Positions 1 to 20,539 of a stretch of DNA of 64,000 nt are shown here, piece after piece (positions within the stretch are counted from its first letter, which is position 1; every line of letters starts with the position of its first letter). The notes under the pieces are model-generated. The model did no database searches, was not told the origin of the DNA, and saw only the letters and a program-made list of their open reading frames with translations. Source of the stretch: Balanoglossus misakiensis (taxonomy: Eukaryota > Animalia > Hemichordata); the NCBI GenBank assembly GCA_040954595.2, contig CM082589.2:2039498-2103497 (forward strand). Direction: 5' to 3'. A program made the translations under genes and the position numbers.

Positions 1-3000
1 GATGGTGATAATGCTAGACAGTTGAGTACATATGACAATTTGACCAACCAACAAACCAACCAGCCTGCAAACCAACCAACCAAACAACATACTTAGTGAC
101 AATAAACACGCGAGTTTTCCAAGCGCTACTTTTCCAAGTCCTGTCACCTTTCCTACGTGCCATTCTGGTAACGAATCCTCGAACCGCTCGACAGGTGAGC
201 TCACCGTGTGACAGACAGAAAGGGCGATTGTTTCGTTTAGCCTTGAAATGTGAAATGTCACCGATTGTAGGCCTCAGCTGACGTGAATTTCGAGGAATAG
301 GTCACCATGATAAAGCCCCACAGCCACGAAAGTTGAACGCACTCCAATTTCTAACGCGCGTGCCGCTACTCAGGTGACCTCTTAGTTTAACAGAGAAATG
401 AGAAAACCCGACGAAGGTCTTCCGTAATCTTCATTTTCAAAGGTTATTCGCTGCCGAGGTGCATGGACAAAGTAGGCCGACAGAGGGCGACATTACTGCA
501 GAGACGCGTATCAGCGCGCTCCATTTCTCGAGATCAGTTGCCATGTCAACACCTATACGACAGCGCATGGTGATACGGCTAAGGGGCGGAGGCGGAACTG
601 AAACGAAATTTATAGACCCTTGGCTAGGCCAGAGTCAGTTTTTATGTCAAATTTCTTGGAAAGTCGACTTAAGAGGCGTCCGAGCTTACCGGTAAATCTG
701 GGTGGTGTTTATTTTTCAAAATTCACCCACATCTGTATAGAAAGTTTGAGGAGTTCACGTCTCGTGTGTCAAACGGCGCGGTATCTCCATTTCGACACCC
801 GGTGTCTGCCTGAGGCGCTTGACACAGATCGTGCACCTTTAACTCCCGCGAAAATGCAGATGCTATCGCCAAACAAAAACTGTCTTGGCATATAGCAGGG
901 AAATGCGACCCCCTGAAAAATAGCATCTACAATCCTTGAAGAGTTAGGGTACACAAGGTTTCACGCAGTCTATTTTATTTCTCTTTTAGGGGCTTCTTAA
1001 AAACGCACGATTAGATGACAGTCTTTGGTGTATCGCATTTCTCGCCTTCTGTGAAAAATTCTTTTAGACGACTTGGAGTCATATACGAATATTTTCATGG
1101 TGACGTATTTCGGGATCATAGGTTACTATCATAACTGTACAGTCTATCTTACGTGCAACGCGCATACTTAGATTGCGTCATATGATACGTGTAATATAAT
1201 GAAACATAATGTTACTCCTTGACCTCTGACCCCCAAACAACCACGGTCTGCAAGTAGGCGAATTCAAACACACGATTTCATACTTTCATGATTCAGTTTC
1301 CCCACAACTAAATGTTGTCTAACTTTACTTGAACTGTCAACATTTTGGTCACACTTGTGAAGCCGGCCAACTTGTTCACATGACATGTCGAATTTTGCAA
1401 ACCCGGCCTTCACGGGAAACATAAATTTCACTCGGTGTGTCTTCGTCTGGGCATCGTGGGTTTATATACCTGTTCGTGCAGTCGGCTTGAAAGCCTCGTT
1501 TACGTTTCACAATATCCCCCTTCTAAACAGACGGACACAGAATAAACACACACGTCTGCACAGTACATTACCCATGTGAATTACCAGACACGGATTTCTC
1601 TGAGGGACCGGCCAATAAACATCGAGGGGGGGGGGTCTCTTGTCTGGTATCCCTAATAAGAAGTTGCCCTCCCGTACTATTCTCGGATGGCCCCTCCTTT
1701 TCATCTCGCGGTAGGTCTGATCCTTCACATTTTCAAAAGATGCACTTTTCCACCCTGACACATGATATTTATTCAACTACATTGGAGGTGTGAAATGAAC
1801 ATCTTGACAGGTTGACTCAGCGTCTCCTTGCGGTGACCTTCGATCGCAAAATCGGCGACCAAGTAGGTCTGATCTCATTTGTATCACTTGGTATCGTTAT
1901 TCTGTAGTCTTGTTAAGTGCACCGATAACAATTTCTTGTTTTACTGACTACAACACGTTGAAATTGTCCATTACTCGACATGTCAGCACAGATTGTACGT
2001 TTGGTAACGTGCATTAGTTTTGATGGCAAATGAATTGATGAACAAAGTCCGGATCAGCCCTAGCACTTGAAAATATCTTCGCTTCGGATTGTCACGCTTT
2101 CGCGCAGACGACAATAACAATTCTTCCGTCATCACGGTCGTCTGTCTGATGTTTTGTTTGTTTGGATGAAGGCTGGTTCACCCGTACAACGTAAAAGAAA
2201 ACTTGTACTTCTGCCGACCCCAAGTAAAGAGGGTTATGATGCAAACAATCTGTCGCACGCTTAGGTGTTTGTTTGTGTGTGTTTAGTCTTGGCTAATGCG
2301 TAAAATTGCTTCCTGGGCGCATGTATTTCAAAGTTGAAGCAAATCCCATTTCTCTTTGAGAAGTTAGCAATGATGTGGTCGTTCCTAACCGAAACACATC
2401 GCTTGTCACCTGACCACGTCACCTACTCGGCAATCCCTTGACCCCCTGACCCCGCCCCATTGCACAGCAACGACACAGAAACGACCTGCAAAAGTTAAAC
2501 CGCCGGTGCGTAAAACACACACGCACACGTCAGCACTTTTTTTTGACATTTTGAAGCGGGAAGCCAAGTGAACACAGGTTCTCTTGCGAACCCAACGTGT
2601 CTGAACGGAGCTCCCGTGTCATCTCATTGCCCCCGGGGGCGTAAGATCAGGTTGAGCGATCATACCTGCTTGACTGATGCTCCGATCAGCACGTTGATCT
2701 TATTGAGGGGTTTTTCCAATTAACAGTGATGCTTTGACTGCCCTAGCTAGATTCTAACCATACTGTCAGCGTCGAGAAAGAAAACACCCTTATAAAAGAC
2801 CGTGAAATCCATTCGATGCACATCACAGAGGCGTGCGAGACACCCGAACGCTCGATTTCCAATTTATACCCCTCGCTTTCGAACAAATTGCGTTTAAAAT
2901 GTTACGGGCTTGATGTGTGTCAAGTCTTGTTGCCCAGGGCAGTTTCAATTACTTGGCAAACCAACTGACAGCATACAGCAAGTGCTGTTGAACAGGTTTT

Positions 3001-4656
3001 CTGACTGCAACAGTAAATCTTTCACACGCACTGCCATGTGCGTGTTCAACTCGGTGACAGTATCGACCTTATATCAATTTTTAATTGTTTATATAGACGA
3101 CTATGCCTACTTAATTTATCGCTTTCGCGGGACCCTTGCATTTTGCCCGGTGGGGCGTGTTTGTTCAACTTCGTGTTGCTTCGCGGGTCCTGACAAGATA
3201 TAATTATGTGAGTAGGCGTGCCGTTACAGAGAGATATACGCGGGAAAAACGCCGGAGGTGATCAGCATGCCCTGGCGTATTTTGAGACCACTATTAGAGA
3301 AAGACATTAACATATAAAGACCTTAGACAGGTGATGCTAATCTTGGCTCAACTAGCATCGCACCTGGTGACCCATCTATATCCAATCACAATCTATCTGC
3401 ACCGTGAAAGTTAAAACTGGCAGTGTTTGAAGGCCATCAGTTCACATCTGTCTGAGGAAAAGTTGAAATGCTAACTTTAATCTCGTCTTTTTCTGCCTCT
3501 GAAAGTTGATATCTAAGTTGCTGGCAGTGCAACGCTTGACCTGTTTTGGAAAGTGGGAACCGGAATAGGGTAGAGCAGCGTGGTGGGGACTTTGTCAGGG
3601 GCATGTGTGCGTTTAAAGACGTTTGAATGTGTGTGGTTCTCGAAAAGTTGAAGACAAATCTCTCTTTTATCGGCGTATTTATTGACAGACTAGGAGCCCG
3701 TGTGTTGGATGCTGTCAAGGGGGAGGCGACCTTCACATAAACCCCTTGATCCGCGCAGACACCGGTTGACAGTCTGAGTGGTCTTCGGGGGTAAGCAAGC
3801 CGTGGCCCTGCCTCGGTGCAGTCTAAACACGGCGTCTCCGGACATGCTATGCGCCTTAATTGGCCAAAATTGGGGATTGGCTTTCAAGATTGGTATTTAA
3901 ACGGCAATCAGTGACCCTGGGGTCAGCGCTGGGATCGTTAACTGCGATTTCACCGGGGGTAGAAAATCGCGTCCGCGTCCCTACAGATTATGAAACCCGT
4001 TTGGCCAATACGGCAGAACTCGAACGTGTATGGTCCGAGTTCATTCAGTCAAGCCAATACACGATAACACAGTCTATTTTCAATTTTTCCCTCATCTGAG
4101 GAGCATAATTCTGCAAGGGCGGAGACAGTCTATATTAATCTATCATTCCTTGACTGCCCTTAAAGGGCTGGCCGTACTCATAAAATAACCGTCCATGCCG
4201 CAAAATACGTTTCAGGTTTCCGGGACATTTCCCCCGAAATATTGTCCAATGAATGGAGACCCTGAAATGTGTTAACCCATCTGTGGAGGTTACACCCGGC
4301 AGAACAGCGGCATGGACTCTCCATCGTTTTGCAATGCCCGACGTCAGTAAAAATCAGAATGCTAGTGACCGCGACCGCACACCTCACCGTGTGAACAAAC
4401 AAGTTCACTAAAGGAAATGATGGCGATAATATAAAATTTTATGCTTCCACAACTTTTAAATGGCGTGTGATTATCTCCGCCGTCAGTAAATCGCCTGAAA
4501 TAAAATCTCGGTTTTCGTGTTTGTCCAGAGGGGTTTTATGGCCACATATAACAAGAAACTAGTCACCTTTCAAGGACAGCACTGACACCGTGAAACGGGA
4601 ATTTTATCTCCACCATTTCTGTTAAACTTGAGCGGGGGGAAAGAGATGAAAGGCAC

Positions 4657-4688
4657 AGATGATGATGGTGGTGGTGGTGGTGGTCACG

Positions 4689-4767
<79 letters not shown>

Positions 4768-4789
4768 GATGATGGGGTGGTGGAGGTGG

Positions 4790-4872
<83 letters not shown>

Positions 4873-4916
4873 GTAGGGGCCTAGATGTGGTGGTGTCGGT
4901 GGTGGTGATAATGATG
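4657..4916. repeat. Compound (GAT)n/(GGT)n trinucleotide microsatellite
   Basis: Two pure GAT runs (~4690-4752 and ~4791-4868) interspersed with GGT repeats. Confidence 0.97.
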
Positions 4917-7900
4917 ACATGGTCAGTGGTGGCACATGGTGACAGTGACAAATTGTCTCTCGGAGACCAACCGGACACTGCGTGGCGCCACTGAGCCATA
5001 TCGACAGCGGTTGCCACGTGGTTACCCCCAAAACAAATCAATCGATGATACCAGCCACAAATACAGCAAACAAGCTATAAAATAAGGTGTGTTGGGAGCA
5101 CTGCCCACTGTGGACTCTAAAAATTAATCCTGATCTCACGGTGAGATCTTGGTCAACTTTGGAAATTTGCCATCATTGGCGAATCTTGTGTGTCCAGTCT
5201 GCTTGTGTGAAATAACTGTTAGGCCTCCGGGCCACACCTCGATGGAACTTTTCGACAATAAAGTTAGTCACCCAAAACAAACTGTGTTCTCCTTCTTGTG
5301 GAGTACAGTGTGAGATATGGGGGTAAAGAGGTCTTCTATAATTGGCCAACCAAGTCGGAGGGGAGTTGGGTAATGGCCGAAGTTCCCACACAGCCCGCTG
5401 GGCGATTCCGTGTTGTCAAAACTGCAAAAGAAACAGTTTCTGTTGTATTTGTAAACACGATATTTCCTGATCGTTTACCTCGCAGAGGTCATGGTTTAAA
5501 GAAAACTTGTATTCTTTTCACAAGCGTGAGAGATCGTCTACCGAGCGAGTTCTGTCAATACTGGTCGTCTTAAAGGGCCGTTAAAGGTCGTTTTGGCCAA
5601 TCGACCGACGACCCCCAGTCGGTTTTGATGACTTTCTCACATTTATATCAACAGCCGAAAATTATGTTGGAAAGAGTGACCGGATATTTATGGTGTGTGT
5701 GATAACGAGGCGGTTTCGGTCGCCGCGTTACTAGGGGCGAAGAAGGCTGTCCTGCACCGTGGGAAAGGGGGAGAAAACGAGAGGGCGCTCGCACACTTGG
5801 TGAAGTCGCGCGAGGCCATGAACTGTCCTCGGTAACCCATTTCTTGCAGGTGTGAGTCATCGCATGCACGATTGGAGGGGTCGGAAAGTCACATCGCCCG
5901 TTAGTAACAGACAAAAAAATGAAGGACCAAAAAAACTGCTCCAGACGGACGACCCTCTAACCCGAATACTGAATCCAGCCAATGTACACATAGACAGGGG
6001 AGAGATATTTGAGCCGTTCATCGTCTGGTCAGAATGTTTTCACAGCGGGCTGGGTGCTTCTGTAGTCTGTATAGCTTTCCTTTGAGGTGTAAAATTTGTG
6101 ACAACCTGCAAAAAGGCACATGACACTCGAAAAATCTTGCGCTTAGCGACCATTGTTCAAAGTTAACTTGTGTGGAATTTCCCCCACAAGGGTTGAGCCT
6201 GCAGAAGGTGACGAAATTACCAAGAATAGACCGTGTTGGATCCAGGGGTTTGAATTCTTCGATTTGGTATTTGATCTTTCTTAGCAAGACAGATCTGCGG
6301 CGTCGCCGGTTGTTTCCACTCTCTAGAAATACTAGGCTTATCTTTATTCTCTCCCCCATGAAAATCCCTCAGATCAGGCAGCGGGCAAAAAAATAGATAA
6401 CAACACGTTCTGTGTTGTGCCGTCCCGAAATTTAAGCCCCCGAAATCTTGGACAGTTTGGGTGTGAGAGTGATAGAGGGTCCCCCATTACTCGCAGGATA
6501 GGAATGCGTGTGAATGCCTGGTGTCTTAGCGCATGTTGCTATAGATGGTCATTCGGGGGAGCCCTTCGGGCGCATTAGTCTAGACCCGGGCGGCTCATCG
6601 AACAGACCTTTGTAACCGTACACCGAGGGTCCAAATGAGAAGCACGGACAGGCAGTCACGAACCCCGGTCAACGTGCAAGATGTTGGTTCGATTTAGTGA
6701 GGCGGGTCTCAAGCTCCCGCTAGACCCCCCTTAAAATTGATATATCGCCAGTTTAATAATATTGACTTATATTTGTCGGACACGCCCGTGTTTGACAACA
6801 CAATCGTCTTGAAGACTCGCGCATTTGCCCGTCTCGTATGACACGATTTCATTTTGCAACATGACATTAATTGTTTTTGGTTGACACGATGTACGGCGTT
6901 CTCATGCATTAAAACGTGGCGTAAAGTCATCGGATGGGAACCCCCCCCCCCCAACACGTCACGGCCATCTTGTGGCCTCGGGCAAGAAATAGCCTATCTC
7001 CACTTTCTTTTCTTAAAACAAACCATCAAGAAAAAAAAAACTTGCCGCTATTCTACTGTTCAATCTTATTCCTTGACGCGAATTGAAGACACGTTTTAAC
7101 TATTACATGTAAGTGTTGGTCCCCAGATCTTGTTCTGTCTTCAGTGGTTATGCTCGAGTATATATTTATTTCACCGAACTATTTTTTTTCCTATCAAACA
7201 GGTAGGACTCAATGTTTCTGTAAAATCACTCGAGCGTCAAATTTTACCACACAATGTTGTAGAAAGAAAAGCTCTTAAATTGTACATGGTCAACCAAAAC
7301 AAATCAATACAAGGCAAAGCAAAACAAAACACGGGCAAGTCTCGACAATGCTTGACGTCAATCTCGTTGAACTGTCAGGCTCGTTTGATGTACAACTAAC
7401 AATGTTGCTCGTCACAGCTATTAAAGGTGTAGTTTTCGCCCACTGAGCGTACCTGTGCCACGTCTTGGTGCTAAATTGTTCTCCTTTTGTGAATTGTCCG
7501 AATTTCTAAGGAACCTGTCACCGGTCTGGGCCGTGGCCCGGTATCTTTGTGTTAAAACGCTTTTGTCCGGGGCGTCTTAAAGACTTCTTATAACGTCTTG
7601 AGAGAGTCGACCTCCACTGTCGTAAGATGATCGCCTCGTCTTCTTCGCATCCGATAAAAAAGTTGCTGGTTGGTACCCGAGGACCACCAAGGCCGCAGAA
7701 AAACAACAGATGAACCGTCGCTGACGTTTCTGCCTAAATACACTTTTGATACGTTTCACACACAACCTGCTTTGTTTACAAAATATAAACAAACAATATT
7801 AAGAGCAAGAATGCGCCATATTGTTCTGTTCGCGGTTTTGGAAGTTGGCCAAACCGGAAAAGAGTCCATTCGCGGCCAAGGTCACAAGACAAACGCAGTC

Positions 7901-9502
7901 CTAACCTCTCGACACACTTTTAACTGTCGATTCATTAAAAACTTCCAAATGTTGGAGGTTTTACTCTCAGTTTTACTGAAAGTCATCTTGAGGGAATCTG
8001 ACGGCGTATCACTCGATATCCGAAAAGTAGTTTACTGCGGATGTTGTTCACGTGGCATTCCGTTGCCTGGGCAACAAGAAGCTAAACTGAACCGCAAGAG
8101 GGCGACAGACATCATTTTCCGCGAGTCGGTCAGGCCGTTGCAGTCTGAGAGAGACAGGTTGACCCAAGACCCTGGGCGGCAACGCAGTCAGGTGGGAACG
8201 GTCCGATCAGGCCCCAGGGGCCACGATGATTTATGTTTCAGATCGGCGTAAAATAGAGAGCAGCAGATAGTGTTTCAACTTAGTCGGCATTTAAATGTTA
8301 AGGTACTTGGAAAACACAATGAGAAAGTTGTTAATAACTCGGCTTTCGTGTCAAGACGTGCCGTTTTTACGCCTGTCTACCCACGAACAATCGAGCGACT
8401 GACCGGCCGTAAGTTTGATGCATCGGTGGAAGGTTTCTCGGTTTAACCGCTTTTTGTGGGCGGAAATTAACGTAACCATGTTCTGTATTGATGCAGGGTC
8501 TTTCATAGTCTGCAACATGGTGTTTTTTTAGCCTGTGAAACTCGAAAGACGTGTAGAATCAAAAGAAACGACTTTACTATGGAGAGATACTGTTCTGTTA
8601 TTCTAGTGTTTGACTGTGCGCCCAACTGATGCGATTCTCCCGCGGCCTTTACACGCATCGCTAGAGCGGAACGCGACTCAGATGGACTTCGAGTCACCAT
8701 CAAAACAGAACAAGTCTTCTTTTACAGGCTAGTGTAAATACCTGCTAGAACCTGTCAAAATCTCAATGCGCAACACGCTCAAGGAGAGGGAAAGTATCCC
8801 CGGCATTTCCGTACAGTTTATGTTTCTGAGTGATCCGTCCCATCGGTAAATACCTGATACGTAGGACCTGGCGCATGTGTGGGTCAGCGGAAGTTTTCAA
8901 AATTTCGCCCAACGTGGCGCGCTTGCGTTGATACCCCCGGCTACATACAACGTTGCCAGGGAACATCAAGCGTCGCCACGGAAACAAAGTTTCTCTCTCC
9001 CCATCAGTTAGCGCGCACGCGCAGACCATCGAACCAAATTTAGAGTTCACGTTCAGATCATCTTTAGTGATTGATTGACAATTGCTTTTAAGAAACCCCT
9101 TTGACATATTGGTGATTGTTGGCGCCATCTGAGTCGTGAAACGAGCGACCGTTTGTGTGTGAATTCGGGTGTAGCACCGGCGATGTCTGTCTTGGATGCT
9201 GGCCAACTTTTCAGAGGGACGATGGATAGTTGGGCCTTCAACCGAGGACATCGCCCAAGGAGGTGTTGGCATACACATTGTCGCCGGTAAATTATAATCC
9301 GCGAGAAACGCTACGTTAGCCTCAAACTTTTAAAATAGAAGTCTAATTACCGGACACGTCTACATTTATCGTACGTGTACCGCGAGGTGTTGTGGGGAGG
9401 GGAAGGGGCACCTGCGTGGCAGAACCATGGTAACGGACGCTAACAGAACTTCGACGTGAAATGTGTCCGTGCGATAGAGAAAAACGGGAACAAATAGCTG
9501 AC

Positions 9503-9590
9503 AAACAAAAATTAACAAACCAACCAACCAACCAACCAGACCAAACTTAACCATGCCAAATCACAACAAACCAAACCAAAACAAGACAAA
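9503..9590. repeat. (AACC)n/(AAAC)n simple repeat; a similar tract lies at 43-87
   Basis: aacaaaccaaccaaccaaccaacc. Confidence 0.8.
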
Positions 9591-9913
9591 TGAACGTGAT
9601 ATCAACTAAACGACATTTGGTATGCGTTGGTGGCGCAACTTCGCCAAAACTGTCGTTACCAATATCAGAGCTTAAGGAATTTCAGTTGAAGGCCAAGTTC
9701 ACATTCACATGCGATTGACCATGAATCTAGAACTAAAAATACCGCTAGGCTCTAATCTTTTTTGGGTACAGTGTCCCAGCCTTGAACTGAGAGGACCTCT
9801 TACAGACAAGTAATACTGGTACTTAGACTGGCGTTTTTCGATTCAGTCTTCGAGTACTTACATTCGAGTTTGTAAACTGTATTGGCAGAAGCAGGTGATG
9901 ATATGTTGTATCA

Positions 9914-10024
9914 AGAGAGAGGGGGGACGGGGAGGGAGAGAGAATGAGAGAGAGGGGGGAGGGAGAGAGAGAGGGGGGATAGAGAGAATGGGATGGACAG
10001 ATAAAGTGGAGAGAGACACACACA
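9914..10024. repeat. GA/GGA-rich polypurine low-complexity tract
   Basis: agagagagggggg...gagagagagagggggg. Confidence 0.85.
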
Positions 10025-10558
10025 GAAATGTTATGGGCCAATGGCCGCAAGTTCGGTTGCTGTGTTACTTCCTCGCACTGTTCGTCATCGAAGGATGTAA
10101 GAAGGTCGTTTGGAATTCCTTGATACGGTCTAAAGTTATCCCTGTATAAAGGTGTCAGGGCCAGACGGAGTGTGGGCGTTCTCGTTAAGATCACTATCAG
10201 CTTCGTGTCAATCATGAAGACCAAAATAGAAAAAGCATTAGTTTATTTTTCTCACCGCAAACACTACTTGGGCCACGTTTCAGGAAAGATAATAGAGTCC
10301 TTTGTTGTTGATACTATGTGAAAGGTAAAACAACGCCTTTCCCGTGTGTGCTGTGTCTCACGCCCACTGATCAAGGACACGTATGCTACAGACCGACACG
10401 TCACATAGTGTTGAAAAAATTCCCAAGCACAGTACCAGTATATGCAAAGGGCGCCCTCACGGATAAAAACAAAAGTCACACACTTTCATAACAATGATGT
10501 CTCTCTGAGTGTGTCTTGGATGATAATACATATACCTTTCTTTTCTTTTGTTATGCAG

Positions 10559-16165
<5,607 letters not shown>

Positions 16166-16494
16166 AAAATCTAAATATTTTCATAAATTTGGTCATAACT
16201 TAAACATATCATTATATATGACAAATTTGAACAAATTAATAATCCCTATAGCCCCCTAAATTTAAAGATGTTTATTGCATCATGCGTACATTTCATGAAT
16301 TTTCATCCTTCTCAGAATTTCACAAAAATATCATTTCACTCTGGTGCAAATTCACGTACATAAAACTGTCATCAAACCGGCATAAATGGTCAAATTTCAT
16401 GGCGGTCATAAAGGACATGCAACATGTGCATGGGAACAACATCAAAACTTCATGCATGCAGCTTTTTAAATAAAAATATGCTTTTCAAAATTAA

Positions 16495-16628
16495 AGGGAC
16501 AATAACTGTAACATTCAGTGAATATATTTTACTATTTTGGTCAGTGGTCAGCTTGTCAAGAGAGTATGTCCATGTAAAGTGCAATGAAAATACTGAAAAT
16601 ATTATCACAAGTTACAGTTACTCTCCCT
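16495..16628. mobile_element. Kolobok-like MITE (about 134 bp) with TTAA target duplication
   Basis: TTAA|AGGGACAATAACTGTAAC ... GTTACAGTTACTCTCCCT|TTAA: 18-bp TIR with 2 mismatches. Confidence 0.75.
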
Positions 16629-18622
16629 TTAATCATTTTCGGGATAATATGTGCAGTAATTGCTCTGTTTTGAATGCTGATAAATTATGTGCAATGTAAT
16701 GCACGTTGATCTGTCATATTTTAACAAACATTTAAGTATTGCTATTGGGAGTATGTACAAGATGTTACCAAACACATGTATGTTTTATCAAGGTTGGTAA
16801 TCACTAAATGAATCACCTAAAATTGTAAATGTGATCTTTTCCTCTCTCACTAGGATTGGGACGCTGCATATCGTCTGCAAAGACAAGTTAGCAGTATACT
16901 GAAAGGAGCTCCACAAATCACGCAACTTCACCAAGTTCCAAAACTTGACACGATTAAGTCTACTCTCTCTGCCAAATAGTCCAAAACTTGAATGCAACTT
17001 TCCTCGACAGATACCAAACATATTTATTCTATTTATCTCCAGATTAAAGAAATATTTTATAAACCCGGTAAATTCCTTTGAGGGTGTTTATTAAGCAATA
17101 AGTATCAGGGAAAACTATTGATGTCAATTCTAGCTTTATGACATTAATCCCAGATTTATGTCAAAGACTATAATCAGAAAATCTGAATTGGAAATTTGGA
17201 GGAAATGAAGACTTATAGGCTGTGACTGAGCTGACAAATTAACTTGTCAGATGTTTTCAGCTGTCTGATTATTTTCATCCAAAGTCAAAGTTGAGATGAG
17301 TGAAAAATAAAATGATGTAGAAAATGTAGTTGTCTTGCCGGACAAAAGTAAAAGAACAGACAATGCCAGAATTCCTTTCTTGTTCTTTCTCATCTGAATG
17401 TAAGATCAGGAACTTTGACACCTTTGACAGACATTTTCTACATCATTTTCAAACTCGGTTACAAGATAGGGAGAAATCCTTTACTATGCAATTATGGAAA
17501 GATATGATCATGACCAAAAAACAACAAATGCGGGATGACTACTCTGAAAGAAACTCTCCTAATGACAGAAACACCAAATATTACAACAATGGTGTTACCC
17601 TTAACCTCCATGAGTGAAGTCATTGATATTACAAGTGCTTTAAACCCATGACTGCCATACTAGGCAGATGATCCCCCAACCTAAGAGCACAGGGCCGAGA
17701 GGAGGAAGGAACACTGGCCTGTCTGATTGAGTGCAAGTCTGACCCAGATACAGTACCACCACCAAGGTCTGTCTATGTCCGGGATGGTGCACCAATCGAG
17801 TCACACCACAGTACAGATCACAACTGAAGTTTCCTTGAACTGGACTAACACAAGCTTATCCCAGAGATAGCAATGCCAGGCTATAACCCAGTTGGTATTG
17901 TCACCTTACAGCATACAACTATTATCTTCAAACAACATGTTATTGCGTCGACTCGCACAATGCTGGTAGTGCCAGCACCAATGTAACAGTCATGTGAACA
18001 CCAGGTGACAGTTCATTGGAAAACAACTTTCTATGAGAACTGGTTGATATAAATCTGAATGTACATGATCTATTCTTGTGTATTACATACAGTAATTCTC
18101 CAATCAGAGAAGATAGTCTCCTTAGGATTAAATTTAATGTAATTTTTTTTAAAGAGTGTGCAATTCCCTTTTGAAAGATAATATATTTTTGGTAGCATAA
18201 TAAGCCTGCTTTACATAGGCTCATTTACACAGCGCTATTTTATTGAATATTTGAATATATAATTCCAGTGGTGTTCATAGTGATTAGGGTATCTGAACTG
18301 GTCAAAACTAGATTGTGTACGACTAAACTAGAGTAAAATGGTTTTGGTCAGATGTGTGGATTATTGAAGTGTGTAACCCATCATTTGAGCTCATGATCAA
18401 ATCAAAAGTTGTGTTTTAGTGATGTTTTGTTTTTGTTACTTTTTTTGAAGACTGAATCGTGAAGTGTTCCAAGGATAGACATGTGCGACGAGGCAATAGA
18501 ATGATTGTTTGCAAAGAGTTTGTTGTTTTGTTTGAGGTTGTTTTTACTTAGTTTTGTGATGACAGTCAACCGTTGTAGGAGCAGAGCTTTGATTCATTTG
18601 TACTTTTGGCAGATGAGGGTTG

Positions 18623-18654
18623 GGAGGGAGGGAGGGAGGGAGGGAGGGAGAGGG
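18623..18654. repeat. (GGGA)n tetranucleotide repeat (G-quadruplex-capable)
   Basis: gggagggagggagggagggagggagggagagg. Confidence 0.9.
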
Positions 18655-20539
18655 ACTGTTTCTGGAAACAGCACTTCTCTCAGACAATTTTCTACGGATA
18701 TATCTAAGAAATTTTATACAGTTTGTATTAAGAGGAGAGTGAAGATTTTTTTCCGTTTCCGTCCGATTTCCCTTCTCATTAAAGTTATGCACATTTGACC
18801 CTTTGTCCCGTCCAGTAAAGTGTACTAGTCCATTTTATTTATTCATACATTATAATGCCATATTTAACTTAGCAATATTTATTTCAAAATTAAGTGCTAC
18901 ATGTATTTTGAAGTATTTTTTTTAAACATATGTTTTTATATTTACTCAATCAGAGATAAACACACTTTTAATTCATGACAGAAATTCGAACTGCCAGATT
19001 TTTGAATCTCACAGTTAGTCTCTACAAAGAACAGGTTTTGGTTTCATAGTATAACTCGACTTATTTTCTGTAGTTTCAATACCAAAAGAGAATCAAGCAC
19101 ATTTACTATTGGGATCTGCTATTACATATCTTCATACATGAAACATTACCAACAAATTTCTACTTGATTAGGACTTATGCAGTCAATTAATAATACATTT
19201 CTTAACATGGGCAAGGGAAAGAAACCATGAGTTTTGTTGGTGAGAGTGTTTGTTTTGGGTGTTAATTTTTCTTGTTTGACCCCCTTAGGATGTTGAAAGT
19301 GTAGCATGGTTGTCAATCCCTCCTCAATCACGTTTGGAATTCTACAAATCCATCGACAACAACAATAAGGAGCACACTAAGGAGTATAACAAGACAGCCA
19401 CAGTTGATACACTGAAAAAAATACGAAAATGAAACAAAGTTGCAACTTAATGGCTGCTGTCCCCCTAGCCAACTGTTTGATATTCAAGTTGTAAAGACAT
19501 CGCTGTTTTTATTTATACCCCATTCTTGCCAGACTTTTTAGACCTTTTATGAACTCTGTAATGTTAAAATTTTAGTTGTTTATAGTTCAATGGGCTTTAA
19601 GTTTATAAGTTTACCCCACACCCACGGAATGTGACAAAATATGCAAATAAAATTGTGACTTTTTTCTTTTCAGAATACTGTTGTTGTAGTCTTCTTTGCG
19701 GTCGACGACTTCTCGTGTATTGCGATAAATATGCGACTCGGTTTCATTAAATGCTGTCTACGTTCTCTCGAATAAATATTTCCAGACTGTTATCAGCACT
19801 AGCCGACTTCCTTTCTCCTGACTTGTGTCAGCACTATACCAAATGGGCCAGGGCTACCCCTGTGACGTCATGCTTATATCCAACCGGACGAAGTCTCCAC
19901 AAGCCGGATAAATCCATTGCTGGCCGAAGAAACGGGACTGCATGTGGTTCGTGGACGCAAAGCTGGCAGTCATAGTAACCACTGAAGATACTTTTAGCCA
20001 GAAAAACTAAGAAATATCACTGGTTTTTATAAAGACAGCCCAGTTTCTAGTGTATAAAGAATTGCACCAGTTTACGATTTGGTCACTAGATGGAAAATTA
20101 CACCATCGATTTCAGTTTCTGGGCTATAGCATTTCAGCTTGTCGACACCAAGCGAAATCATATACATGTATCTCGAATTCATCGAGGTTCGGCATCATTT
20201 CAGAAGTCATATCGTAGTTGGTGGAGCCGAGGGAACTGAAAAATCTGATTCCATTTTCCAGGTATCCAAAATTGAGTGGAGGAACTTTATATTGACAAGT
20301 CAAAAATCGGGAAGAAAGTATTCCAGATGAAACGAACGAAAACGCGAATGAATGATGATAAATAAAGTGCCTGGCACTTGTTTACTGTAAATGATCTCAC
20401 TGATTGGCGAGCCACTGCGCAAACTCGGTTTACAGCCAAAATCCTGATGCAGTTTATGTCAAAACAGGAAACTTGGCCAGACTGTGCTGACGACATCAAG
20501 TCAGGACTATCTACGCAGTTATCTCGAAATTTTTACATT

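Noticed and set aside
4622-5041. Poly-His/poly-Ser ORFs on the minus strand
   Set aside because: Translations of the (GAT)n microsatellite; no splice context or domain.
6676-6687. GCAAGATGTTGG, a partial match to miR-31
   Set aside because: Only 12 nt match, with seed start and 3' half mismatched and no evident hairpin. No conserved miRNA was recognised by eye in 1-10.5 kb, although no real search was run.
7670-9278. 193-aa (+) and 171-aa (-) ORFs
   Set aside because: No recognisable motif and no kinase N-lobe signature (GxGxxxxV, VAIK); consistent with chance ORFs.
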